DNA of 64,000 nucleotides from Deinococcota bacterium (GTDB lineage Bacteria; Deinococcota; Deinococci; Deinococcales; Thermaceae): positions 68,653 to 132,652 of the forward strand of contig JBGFRI010000011.1 of the NCBI GenBank assembly GCA_041695225.1, written 5' to 3'. Of this stretch, positions 47,650 through 56,585 are shown piece after piece. Made by a program: the position numbers and the translations under genes. The notes under the pieces are model-generated. The model did not search any database and was not told where the DNA came from. It saw only the letters and a list, made by a program, of their open reading frames with translations. How positions within the stretch are numbered: position 1 is the first letter of the stretch; every line of letters begins with the position of its first letter.

Positions 47650-48402
47650 TCAACCATTCCGCCCCAGTGCCCTCGAGTAACTCTCCGCCACCTGGACCAG
47701 CGAACTCTCAGCATAGATCTGGGTGGTCTTGGGATTGAGGTGTCCCAGGAATTTCTGCAACTGCTCCTGCGGCATCCCCCGGTCTAACAGGATCTGGGCA
47801 ATGGAGTGGCGCAACAAGTGGGGGTAGACTCTTTTGTTAATGCCCGCTGCCAGCGCAGCCTGGTGGATCAGCTTCTGGATGGCCCGCTGGGAGTAGCGGT
47901 TATGCCGGTTGCTCTCAAAGAGGTAGCCCCGGGTCCTTCCTCCGAGGTGCATCCGCAACTCCTGGGCCAGGCCGGTCAGGATAGGCACGTAGCGCACCGA
48001 GTCTTTCTTGGCCTTGGAGATGTATGCCTGGGGAGCCTGGCCGTCGAGGGATACATCCTCCACCCGGAGGTTCACAAACTCGCTGACCCGGGCCCCGGTA
48101 TAAAACAGAGTCTTGAGCATCAGACCGTAGACCGGCTTCTTCTGGTTCAGGCGGTAGGCCGCCTCGAGCAGCTGCTCGATCTCCTGGGCGCTCAGGCGCT
48201 CCACCGTCCGCCGGCGGTTGGAGGGCTGGGTGAGTTCCAGGGCCCGGCGTACCCGCTCGACTACATACTTGGTCTGGTCGTAGTCCAGGTGAGCCTTGCG
48301 CCAGAGGCGGGTGGTCTCTCCGATCACCCACTCCAGCTCAGAGTTCGCTTTCGATTTCTGACCACGCACTTCAGTCAGTTTTAGAGAGGTTTGGAGGTTC
48401 AT
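47650..48402 (-). CDS. tyrosine recombinase (Xer/TnpI-like resolvase)
   Basis: TGARVSE, K, HLLRH, LGH....TQIY catalytic set. Confidence 0.95.
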   Translation of the reverse strand: MNLQTSLKLTEVRGQKSKANSELEWVIGETTRLWRKAHLDYDQTKYVVERVRRALELTQPSNRRRTVERLSAQEIEQLLEAAYRLNQKKPVYGLMLKTLFYTGARVSEFVNLRVEDVSLDGQAPQAYISKAKKDSVRYVPILTGLAQELRMHLGGRTRGYLFESNRHNRYSQRAIQKLIHQAALAAGINKRVYPHLLRHSIAQILLDRGMPQEQLQKFLGHLNPKTTQIYAESSLVQVAESYSRALGRNG

Positions 48403-48424
48403 ATGCCATCAGGATAGCAGAAAT

Positions 48425-48452
48425 AGTTCGCTGTTTGTATCTTGTGCGAACT
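48425..48452. other. dif-like 11-6-11 recombination site
   Basis: AGTTCGCTGTT-TGTATC-TTGTGCGAACT just upstream of the recombinase. Confidence 0.65.
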
Positions 48453-48577
48453 TGTGGGCTGGAGCTGTTCCTCTGTAGGTGGGCTTGATGGAAGAGCGAT
48501 TTGGGTGTTTTTCCGATGGAACCTGGTAGAATTGGCTACCTGAAAGCGTGGATGCGAGCAGTCTGGAGGTACTGAGA

Positions 48578-48787
48578 ATGTCTAAGGTAGAGGAGCTGCA
48601 AAGGGTGGTGGCCTCCTTAACAGCCGAGGAATATCGCGAGTTTCGCCAGTGGTTCCTGGAGCAAGACTGGGAATTGTGGGATCGGCAGATCAAGGAGGAC
48701 TCCCGAGCGGGAAGGTTGGACTTCCTGGTTCGGGAAATACGGGAAGCCCGGGAGGTCGGGGAGCAAGGCACAGTTGAGGAGCGCTGA
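48578..48787 (+). CDS. small antitoxin-like protein without adjacent toxin
   Basis: MSKVEEL...L...E...FR.WF...WD.QI..D..AG.LD.L family. Confidence 0.65.
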   Translation: MSKVEELQRVVASLTAEEYREFRQWFLEQDWELWDRQIKEDSRAGRLDFLVREIREAREVGEQGTVEER

Positions 48788-49101
48788 AGACCCTCGGATC
48801 ACAGACCTGACTGGCCAAGTACGCTCCATAGCCTGTGCGAGAATTTGCTCCCTTCAGGTATCAAGCGTTTAGTACCTCCTGGTAGTTGGCCCTCGAGGCG
48901 TTGTGTTCTGTATACCTGGCTTTCTATCGCCAGTAGCCGGGGCAGTTGCAGGTAGTTTAGGATCAGGCGTTGCATCTTGTGCGAACTTCCGGTATCTGGT
49001 AAAAAGAATCCCCACGAAGAAAAGGACGGTAGGCTTAGTTTAGTGATGGGCAGGTTGCCGTTTACCGGCAATCGTGGTTTTAGGCAGCAGGGCCGCCCCT
49101 A

Positions 49102-50481
49102 TCAACGCGCAGACGGCCTTGAGTTCGATAGTGGCGAGGTCGCGGACAATCCCGACAATGGCACTGGCGAGGTATAGCGTCGTAAGAATTCCTCCCGGTC
49201 TTTCCAGATGAGGTCTTCGAGCCACGCTGCCTCGAAGAGCCGCACCACATGCGGGTCGAACTGCTTGCCCGCATGCATGATTATCTCATTTAGCGCCTCT
49301 TCTGGCGACTTGGCCTTGGCATAGGCCCGCCCTGCGGTCATGGCCTCGTAGGCATCGGCCAGCGTGACCACCCTGGCCCACTGCGGTATGGCCTCAGCCT
49401 TCAGACCGTCTGGGTAGCCGGTTCCGTCCCAACGCTCGTGATGATTCCTTATAACCCCCTGCACATCTTTGGACAGGCGCTGGCGCATGGGATGAAGCAG
49501 CTCCAGCCCCTTGGCCGGGTGACTTTTGATCAGGTCAAACTGTTCAGAAGTCAGCTTGCCTGGGTTCAGCAAAACCGAGTCGGGTATTGCCACCTTGCCA
49601 ATATCGTGAATGCGGGCGGCATAGGTAATACGCTTCTGATCTTGCTCGTCCAGGCCCATCTTTTGTGCAACGCTGTTCGCTATGGACGCCACCCGCTCGG
49701 AGTGCAGCCGGGTAAAGGGGTCTTTGGCATCCAACGCCGATACCAGCACCTCGATGGTATTGTCGAAAGACTCTTCCAGCTTTACCTTTTCGTCCCAGTA
49801 ATAGCGCGAAAAATAGAGCAACAGCATCATAAGCAGCACCGTAAACCCACCCCACCCCCCCACCAGCGGAACCTGATATGCCTTGGCCAGCAACAACCCC
49901 ACCGGTGCCTGCACCAGGTAACTTGCCCAGAGCCAGCCATAGTTTTCAAACCAGACTTTGCGAATACTAACCCCATATAAGAGCTTGATACCATAACTCA
50001 CAGAAGATACATTTACCACAAAATAGACAACCGATGCCGCAAAAATCCCCCCAAAGTCCAGCAGATACGGGTTCAGCCCCGGCTGAGCCTGCACCAGCCA
50101 CCAGACCAGGGCGGCGGCTCCGGTGGCTAGACCATGCTGGGCTCTGTTGAAGAGGTCTTTGTACCAGGAGTAGCTGGCCTGTCCGAAGTCTTTGTTAAAG
50201 TATCCAGCAAAGACCATTACGGCGGCCAGCCAGGCTGGGAAAATGACCACCGCCGCCAGGGCTACCACAAACAAATGCGACATCGAGGCCTGAACCGGCA
50301 GTCTTATTTCAGATCGCTGGGCCATCAGGAGCAGCACCAGCCAGAAGGCTGCGTCGAGAGAATTAAAGCCTGGCTCTGGTGTTAAATTAAAAAGAAAGAC
50401 CAGCAGGGCAACAAAAGACCCCATCAAGCCCAGAATGAAGAGGAGTAGCCTGGTTGGGGGGAGCGAAAGCTGGCGTTGCAC
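49102..50481 (-). CDS. membrane-anchored HD-GYP c-di-GMP phosphodiesterase
   Basis: Multi-TM N-terminus; HSERV, HDIGK, HHERWDGTGYPDGL; leaderless TAGACT-6nt-GTG. Confidence 0.95.
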   Translation of the reverse strand: MQRQLSLPPTRLLLFILGLMGSFVALLVFLFNLTPEPGFNSLDAAFWLVLLLMAQRSEIRLPVQASMSHLFVVALAAVVIFPAWLAAVMVFAGYFNKDFGQASYSWYKDLFNRAQHGLATGAAALVWWLVQAQPGLNPYLLDFGGIFAASVVYFVVNVSSVSYGIKLLYGVSIRKVWFENYGWLWASYLVQAPVGLLLAKAYQVPLVGGWGGFTVLLMMLLLYFSRYYWDEKVKLEESFDNTIEVLVSALDAKDPFTRLHSERVASIANSVAQKMGLDEQDQKRITYAARIHDIGKVAIPDSVLLNPGKLTSEQFDLIKSHPAKGLELLHPMRQRLSKDVQGVIRNHHERWDGTGYPDGLKAEAIPQWARVVTLADAYEAMTAGRAYAKAKSPEEALNEIIMHAGKQFDPHVVRLFEAAWLEDLIWKDREEFLRRYTSPVPLSGLSATSPLSNSRPSAR

Positions 50482-50507
50482 TAGCCCAGTCTAGGGCATA
50501 GCAAACG

Positions 50508-50540
50508 AAAACCGGGTACGGATATCACACCCGTACCCGC
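50508..50540 (-). terminator. intrinsic terminator-like hairpin after peptide gene
   Basis: CGGGTACGG...CCGTACCCG followed by GTTTT on the - strand. Confidence 0.6.
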
Positions 50541-50553
50541 ACATGTTACGAGA

Positions 50554-50643
50554 TTATTTCAGGCTAGTACCAGCACCAGCAGCCATAGCCAGGGCAACCA
50601 GGGAGGCAATCAAAGCGATGATTCTGAAGGCAGTCTTTTTCAT
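50554..50643 (-). CDS. 29-aa hydrophobic peptide MKKTAFRIIALIASLVALAMAAGAGTSLK (not in ORF track)
   Basis: Strong GGAAGGAG RBS, ATG 50643, TAA, followed by terminator. Confidence 0.75.
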   Translation of the reverse strand: MKKTAFRIIALIASLVALAMAAGAGTSLK

Positions 50644-51018
50644 GGGTATCTCCTTCCAGATGGTTCGGAAGCGCTAGTGGTATCTGCGTTCCTTTCCTTG
50701 GAAGAGACAATAACCCACCCTGCCCTGTGGGTCAAGCCACACAAAGCTACTTGCACTCGGTTTATAATGTGCGACCGACTACAATGCGGCTGAATTTTCA
50801 CCGTCTACACCACGGTAGACGACCTTTAGTCTATGCGCCGGAGTGTGGGGTGTGTGTGACATTTGCACCAGAATTTGGGCCTATGCGTTACGTGAGCAAG
50901 ACCCAGAGCACCCGGTATTGCGGGGGCAAGGGGTGGCCAGATCACCCCGTAGGTCAAGTTGCGTTTATGTCCTCCTGGATTGCTTCGTAGACCCCTGGCC
51001 TTCTAGCAATGAGACACT

Positions 51019-51918
51019 ATGCCTGAAATCAGGGATCTTCCACCCGGCTTTGGTAATATAGTGATTATGTCTCCGGCTACAAGTGCTGTCCTTTCTATCA
51101 TACCCGCTCTTGCGCTTCCTGTAGTCGGACTTGTATCAGGCAGGGTTGTTGGTGATTTTTTCATCCGGGGCGATTTGATCGGTTGGACCGGTGCAGTGTT
51201 TGGGGTTCTGGTTTACGCCCTAGCCCTGGCTTCTTCATACTCGCATCTTCGGCACTATTACCGGGGCTTTGAACCACCGGGAGTCGGGGCATCGCGAGCC
51301 CTGGCTCTGGCTGTTGAGGTTGCAACCTTCTACATGAGTTTCGCCTATGTAATTATTCAGTCCCCCTGGGCTTTCTGGGGGAGTCTCATAGGGGCCTTTG
51401 TGGTGTTTTGGGGAAATTTCTCGAGCATGTACAGGGGTCACATAGAAGCTCGTCGCAGTGATTCCCTCGCGGTCACTGAAACAAGTCCGCTGGCAAGTGC
51501 CAGGACAAGCTCCGGTAAGCAAGCAGACCCAGACAGTAGAGTCATCGTGCAGGAGCATAGACACGTCGATGCTGAGGCTACAGCGCGCTCTCCTCATCAC
51601 ATAAGCAGGCTGGAGGAGATACAGGCTGTTGTGGAGCAGACGCAGATCAAGCAGGTACGTCAGTCTATGCGGGCCATCAGGACTGATGTGCCGGAACTAC
51701 AGCCGGAAACAACGGAATTAATCGCAGAAAACAGCCTATCCGATATGGACCGCAAGATTTTAGACCTGGCCGCCTCTATTCCCATAGGTCCGTCTGTGGT
51801 GGGACGGGAGCTTGGAATCGCCAAAAGCACGGCAGGAGAGCGATTGAAGCGGTTAGAACGCATGGGTCTCCTGGTCAAGGACAAAGGTGGTTACCTAAAG
51901 GGTAAGGTTTACAGTTGA
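51019..51918 (+). CDS. 4-TM membrane protein with C-terminal HTH
   Basis: Hydrophobic N-half; VGRELGIAKSTAGERLKRLE. Confidence 0.75.
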   Translation: MPEIRDLPPGFGNIVIMSPATSAVLSIIPALALPVVGLVSGRVVGDFFIRGDLIGWTGAVFGVLVYALALASSYSHLRHYYRGFEPPGVGASRALALAVEVATFYMSFAYVIIQSPWAFWGSLIGAFVVFWGNFSSMYRGHIEARRSDSLAVTETSPLASARTSSGKQADPDSRVIVQEHRHVDAEATARSPHHISRLEEIQAVVEQTQIKQVRQSMRAIRTDVPELQPETTELIAENSLSDMDRKILDLAASIPIGPSVVGRELGIAKSTAGERLKRLERMGLLVKDKGGYLKGKVYS

Positions 51919-52250
51919 ATGAGTTTTCTTGCTGCTCGAGAGGCTATAACGGCGTCCTTAACCTCAACATTTGCGTTAGGATGCTGTTCAATTGCATTTA
52001 GAATGTCCGCATCCAGAGTCTGAGCCAGTTGCATGAGTGTGGCAGTAGGAGTTTTTGGATTCTTTGCAAGTTGAAGGAGAACAGCAGGAGATTCTTCCCG
52101 GGCCAACGAGATAACACCTTCGGGTGGAAGATTCGGGTTCTGGGCCAGGAAGTACTGCACCTGCGGATCACCTTGCTGCGCCAGTTCTAGCAGAAGTTCG
52201 AAGGGGGACGAGGGGTTGCGGGCCAGCACGAGCTTCTCGTACCACTTCAT
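51909..52250 (-). CDS. leucine-rich-variant (LRV) repeat protein
   Basis: Repeated LA.NP..P...L..LA; start probably ATG 52250. Confidence 0.7.
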   Translation of the reverse strand: MKWYEKLVLARNPSSPFELLLELAQQGDPQVQYFLAQNPNLPPEGVISLAREESPAVLLQLAKNPKTPTATLMQLAQTLDADILNAIEQHPNANVEVKDAVIASRAARKLIQL

Positions 52251-52286
52251 CAGACCATATTGTGGCATAATGCGTAGGAGAGGATA

Positions 52287-52940
52287 ATGTTCAAAGTATC
52301 GCAGCTTTTGACATACCTGGTACTGCTTGCCTTTCTGAACCTGGCTGTAGCCCAGCAGAGTGTAGCAGGACGGGCAAGCGTAGTGGATGGCGATTCCCTG
52401 GAAATTCAAGGGATTAGCATACGTTTGTGGGGAGTGGATGCTGTAGAGAGCAGTCAGACCTGTCTGGACGCAGCTGGAAGGATCTGGCCTTGTGGAAGAC
52501 GGGCTGCGTTAGCGCTCTCCGATTTTCTGGGACAGCGCACCGTACACTGCCAGCGGCGGGACACCGATCGATTTGGTCGCATGGTGGCGGTCTGCCAGGT
52601 CGGGGGCGTCGAGATCAATCGGTGGCTGGTAGAGCAGGGCTGGGCATTGGCTTTTGTTAGGTACGGTGGGCAGGTTTACCTGGCGAGCCAGAACCAGGCC
52701 CGGGCAGCCAGGCGGGGCATTTGGCAGGGAACCTTCCAGGAACCGTGGAACTGGCGTAGAAACCCTGCTAATCCGCCGACAGCAGGCAGTCCGCGCCCGT
52801 CAAGTCCACCCTCCAACGTCTACTTCCGCAATTGCGCGGAGGCGCGTGCGGCAGGCGTGGCTCCGATCAGGAAGGGGCAGCCGGGGTATCGAATTGAACT
52901 GGATCGGGATAGAGATGGGGTGGCTTGTGAAACCAGGTGA
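52287..52940 (+). CDS. secreted thermonuclease with C-terminal excalibur Ca-binding domain
   Basis: VVDGDS, DRFGR; FRNCAEARAAG.AP...PGY...LDRDRDGVACE. Confidence 0.9.
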   Translation: MFKVSQLLTYLVLLAFLNLAVAQQSVAGRASVVDGDSLEIQGISIRLWGVDAVESSQTCLDAAGRIWPCGRRAALALSDFLGQRTVHCQRRDTDRFGRMVAVCQVGGVEINRWLVEQGWALAFVRYGGQVYLASQNQARAARRGIWQGTFQEPWNWRRNPANPPTAGSPRPSSPPSNVYFRNCAEARAAGVAPIRKGQPGYRIELDRDRDGVACETR

Positions 52941-53027
52941 AGCCCTTTGTGTCAATACACTACGGCATGGATCAGGGTCGTAAAGCCCTTTGCGTCAATA
53001 AAGCTAGGACACCTATCTCTTTAGAAT

Positions 53028-53996
53028 TTAGTGTACTTCAATTTGCAGAGATAAGTCTGTCTCAACCTGCGCTAACCTCCGGTTGTATATCTCCACAATT
53101 TCCTTCAGGACGCTAAAGAAATCCTTGTTTTCTTCGGTAGCGACTTCGATGATGTTCAGCGCGACGAAATCCTCGATTGAGACAATCGTCAGTTCTTTAT
53201 CAATTCCTTCATCCTGGGCAAGAATTCGGGCTTTGTTCTCCTGCTCGCGGGGGATGAGCAAAACGGGATGAAAGCCAACTTTTATGTTTTCCGCGCACTT
53301 CTGCAAAACATTTCTTGATGGAGAGGCTGTCACATGATAAACCAACTGCGAGATGGCGAAATCTCCGACGCGCTCTGTCTGCCTGTCGCCTGCATGGGCG
53401 GGGTGATTGGGAACCGTAAGACCTTTGAACCGCCTTACCAGTTTTGCACCCACGAGTTGTTGTTCAACGATCCCCCCTGAGCGCCCTTTGGCGTTTTCTA
53501 CGATCACGTTTACCCACGTCGTGGGCGCATGGCGTCGGTCAATAGCAAGTTTCAGATTTTGGCGCTTCAGCCAGGCGCCGGCAACATCCTGTAGACGCCC
53601 AATCAGTTCAAGCAACAGTTCGTCGCGAACATTGTCTGGAAGGTTCGCCAGTTTCTTGCCCCATTCAAACTGCTCAAAGAGTCTTTGCCCGTCCTGGTGC
53701 CCCTGCCGCGTTGTAATTTCCTTCAAGTAATTGCTTGGGATGTCGTAGGACTCGAGCCTTTTCCCAAGCCCCGAGCGTGCGCCGCTGACTTCGCCGCCTT
53801 GCGAAATAACTTCCTCACGCGACACAGGGCAAGCCTGCCTGAGATGGTCAAGCACAACGATGCCCATCGCAATAGTGTTTCGGGCAATCTTTCCTTGTCG
53901 CGTACAGGACTTAAGCCACTCGTCAAGAATCTGATGGCTTTGTTGCTTAGTTTCATCAACCGATACGTTTTTCAAATCCTTGCTCCTTGCGTCCAA
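53028..53996 (-). CDS. DUF4928-family putative restriction endonuclease
   Basis: LVGAKL, AGD.QT.R.GDF, HVT..P, KC..N; operon with vsr and C5-MTase; start uncertain. Confidence 0.65.
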   Translation of the reverse strand: MDARSKDLKNVSVDETKQQSHQILDEWLKSCTRQGKIARNTIAMGIVVLDHLRQACPVSREEVISQGGEVSGARSGLGKRLESYDIPSNYLKEITTRQGHQDGQRLFEQFEWGKKLANLPDNVRDELLLELIGRLQDVAGAWLKRQNLKLAIDRRHAPTTWVNVIVENAKGRSGGIVEQQLVGAKLVRRFKGLTVPNHPAHAGDRQTERVGDFAISQLVYHVTASPSRNVLQKCAENIKVGFHPVLLIPREQENKARILAQDEGIDKELTIVSIEDFVALNIIEVATEENKDFFSVLKEIVEIYNRRLAQVETDLSLQIEVH

Positions 53997-54396
53997 CAGC
54001 GCGAAGTATGCGAACCTTGATTCTCGCTGTGTTGGCTATTTCATGTTCCCACACCCTGATTACTGTCCATCCATCTCGGCGCAATCGCTGGTTATGCAAT
54101 TTAGCTAAAGCAACATTTCGCTTGATTTTGCTCTTCCAATACTCACGGTTTGTTTGGGGCAACTTTCTACGGCAATATGGGCAACCATGCCAAAAACAAC
54201 CATCAATAAACACGGCGACTCTCCGGCTGACAAATGCGACATCGGGCTTGCCAGCGAGGTTTCCGACATTTTTCTTCCATCCCTTCAAGCCCATTCCCGC
54301 AAGCATAGCAAAAAGGCGCTTTTCCAGTCTTGTGCCTTTTCCTTTGACGGACTGCATCGTCCTTCGTCGGTCTTCAGGTCTGAGGTTGTCGCCCAT
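53956..54396 (-). CDS. vsr: very short patch repair endonuclease
   Basis: GKPD, FIDGCFWHGC, YW..KI.RN, RVWEH. Confidence 0.95.
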   Translation of the reverse strand: MGDNLRPEDRRRTMQSVKGKGTRLEKRLFAMLAGMGLKGWKKNVGNLAGKPDVAFVSRRVAVFIDGCFWHGCPYCRRKLPQTNREYWKSKIKRNVALAKLHNQRLRRDGWTVIRVWEHEIANTARIKVRILRAVGRKEQGFEKRIG

Positions 54397-54544
54397 TTTT
54401 CAATAAAAAGGTTCCGGGAGTAGGTGGATCCCTCTGTCAGGACGGGACTCGGGCCTGGTCTAGGTTGCTGTACGGGCTAGTCACGTCCCGAAGGGGGTCG
54501 CCCCTCTGCGCTTTGAAACTGGCTGAGTGGTTCTTGCTCATCTT

Positions 54545-55753
54545 CTATAGTCGCTTAAAGCCTGCGGTTTTTGCGTTCAGTCTATGGGGTTTACTATAGG
54601 GTAACTTCGGTTTAAGTATCGGCGCGCCATGTTCAGCCAGCGGGTTTAGGATATGTTTGGCAATCCAGGAAATCGCGGGCACACATACTGCGTCGCCAAA
54701 ACCCGTAAGCGCTTGAACGCCGTTTACATTGATGGGATACTCGTCCGGAACTCCTTGCAGGCGCGCATACTCTCTCGGCGTCATGGCCCGCATTTTAACG
54801 CAACCTTTGCCCGCTCTTATCAAGAATTGCTTGCCACTTCCACCGACAGCAGTGCGGAGGCAGCCAGATAAATCGTCGTTCCTAACCTCAGCCCGTTGTT
54901 GGTCTTCTCGCCGTCTCCGAAAGAAGGTTCGGTAAGCGAATTGCTTACCCTGAGCTAATTGCATAACTCTTTCACGGTGCGACTGTTTCATCATGGCAAG
55001 ATGGCGGCTGATTTCTTCTTCTGACCACCACCGGCTATCTAAGTCGCTCATTTGCTCGACTATGTTCGACAAACCATCACTGTTGAGTGATGGGGGTTCT
55101 GGAATCTCGCTATAAAACCAACGCAGATCCTTGTTGGCGATGATGCTCTTCTTCAGCAGGTCCGAAAGCAGGGACTTAGGTCGCGTTAGCAGCAAGTCGG
55201 CGGTAGTATGGGTGTGGACAACCGGAAACTTCGTTCCAACAAGAAAGACGCGCAACCGGCTTTGAGGGGTGAACCTTAAAGCGTCCAAGGTGAAAACATC
55301 ACACGCATACCCAAGGTCATTGAGCGCTTGAACAGTGACTCTAAAATCATTTCCTTTGTTGGAATGTAGCCAGCCGGGAACATTCTCCACAAGTATCAAA
55401 GGCGGCGCAGATTTCCCCTGAGCCTTTAGAATTCTCACAAAACCCCAAAATGCGCTTGAATGGTTGCCGTCAATAATTCCGTTCATATTTCCTGCGAGCG
55501 AAAGGTCAATGCAGGGAAATGAGCAAGTAGCTAAAGTAGAAGGTGGAACCTGGGCGGCGTCAACTTTGAAAATGTCGTTGACTAAATAATGCCCTCTAGC
55601 GTCGGGGTAAAACGCTCTATACATTTCATATTTCTTATGGGAAATGTCGTTGGCAAACACCACTTGCCACCCGTAAGGCTGCAACCCCATTCTGACCAGG
55701 CCAATACCGGCAAAGTATTCTGCTACAGTCAAAAGTGATTCTTGTCGCTTCAT
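54545..55753 (-). CDS. C5-cytosine DNA methyltransferase
   Basis: EYFAGIG, SFPC, ENV, PQSR.R, TPREYARLQG, GDAV. Confidence 0.95.
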   Translation of the reverse strand: MKRQESLLTVAEYFAGIGLVRMGLQPYGWQVVFANDISHKKYEMYRAFYPDARGHYLVNDIFKVDAAQVPPSTLATCSFPCIDLSLAGNMNGIIDGNHSSAFWGFVRILKAQGKSAPPLILVENVPGWLHSNKGNDFRVTVQALNDLGYACDVFTLDALRFTPQSRLRVFLVGTKFPVVHTHTTADLLLTRPKSLLSDLLKKSIIANKDLRWFYSEIPEPPSLNSDGLSNIVEQMSDLDSRWWSEEEISRHLAMMKQSHRERVMQLAQGKQFAYRTFFRRRREDQQRAEVRNDDLSGCLRTAVGGSGKQFLIRAGKGCVKMRAMTPREYARLQGVPDEYPINVNGVQALTGFGDAVCVPAISWIAKHILNPLAEHGAPILKPKLPYSKPHRLNAKTAGFKRL

Positions 55754-55799
55754 TTTCCGTTACCTGACCTCAGCACCTGCGAACTACGCCTATTATACA

Positions 55800-55895
55800 T
55801 CTCTGGGACTTCAAACTCAGCCAAGGTGAGGTAGCCCAGCGAGGAGTGGATTCGCCTTTTGCAGTTAACCTCTCCGATGAAGGTCTTGATTTTCG
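55800..55895 (-). pseudogene. IS3-family transposase C-terminal remnant
   Basis: FIGEV..KRRIHSSLGYLT.AEFE. Confidence 0.6.
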
Positions 55896-55929
55896 GAGAC
55901 GTATTTTGCAATCTACGATAGGAGGCAAA

Positions 55930-56451
55930 ATGCGAGAAGCCTTTGATCGTATCAAAAAAGTTGATCCAAGAGCAACACCACAAATCGTGTCATTTAACAG
56001 TCCCGAGTTTGCGGTGCTGATGAATCACCGGAGCGTACCCGACCGGGTGCTCATAGGGCGTTTCACGGTTCCAAGCGAGGCAAACTGGATTCTTCCGAAC
56101 CCGCTACCGATGATAATAAAGCTGTTTAGCGCCGCTGATACCCAGATACCATTAGACTCCAGGCTGGTGCTGGCTAAAAGATCCTCGCTTGGTAACAAAC
56201 CGGAGGAGATCGCGCAAATTCAGTACAGTGCCTATTTCGACCTAACCGTGATTCAGCAATACAACGCTAACTTCTACCGCAGCATTCTTGCTAATCTGTT
56301 TTTACCCAACGATGGCTTTCAGATTCCAGCGATCCGATTCCAGGAAGGAGCGGTGTTGGAAATCTACGTAAAGCCTCCAGTTACCGTAGACCTTACCCAG
56401 CCCGATACTCGCTTCATGTTTCCCGTCGGCCAAAGCAACTACTATCGCTGA
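55930..56451 (+). CDS. orphan homologue of Thermus phage P23-77/IN93 small major capsid protein VP16 (single jelly roll)
   Basis: AGGAGG RBS, 173 aa; end-to-end similarity to VP16 as recalled: M.EAF.RIK, PEF, G.F.VPS.A.W..PNP.P.I.KL, LAKR, QY..Y.DLT, FY..IL, EG.VLE.YV, P.TR...P.G. Confidence 0.8.
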   Translation: MREAFDRIKKVDPRATPQIVSFNSPEFAVLMNHRSVPDRVLIGRFTVPSEANWILPNPLPMIIKLFSAADTQIPLDSRLVLAKRSSLGNKPEEIAQIQYSAYFDLTVIQQYNANFYRSILANLFLPNDGFQIPAIRFQEGAVLEIYVKPPVTVDLTQPDTRFMFPVGQSNYYR

Positions 56452-56585
56452 TGGGCTCAAGCGCTTCGATGTCTTCACCGGTAAGAACCATCACACAAGA
56501 AGCGTCGGTGGCAGGAAGGATGCAAAGGATTCCTGACAGTAACCGCTGTGCGCACCCAAAGCCAGTTTTGTACAATAAGCGCCAC

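Noticed and set aside
55846..56451. Prophage around the VP16-like gene
   Set aside because: No other virion, packaging or lysis genes nearby
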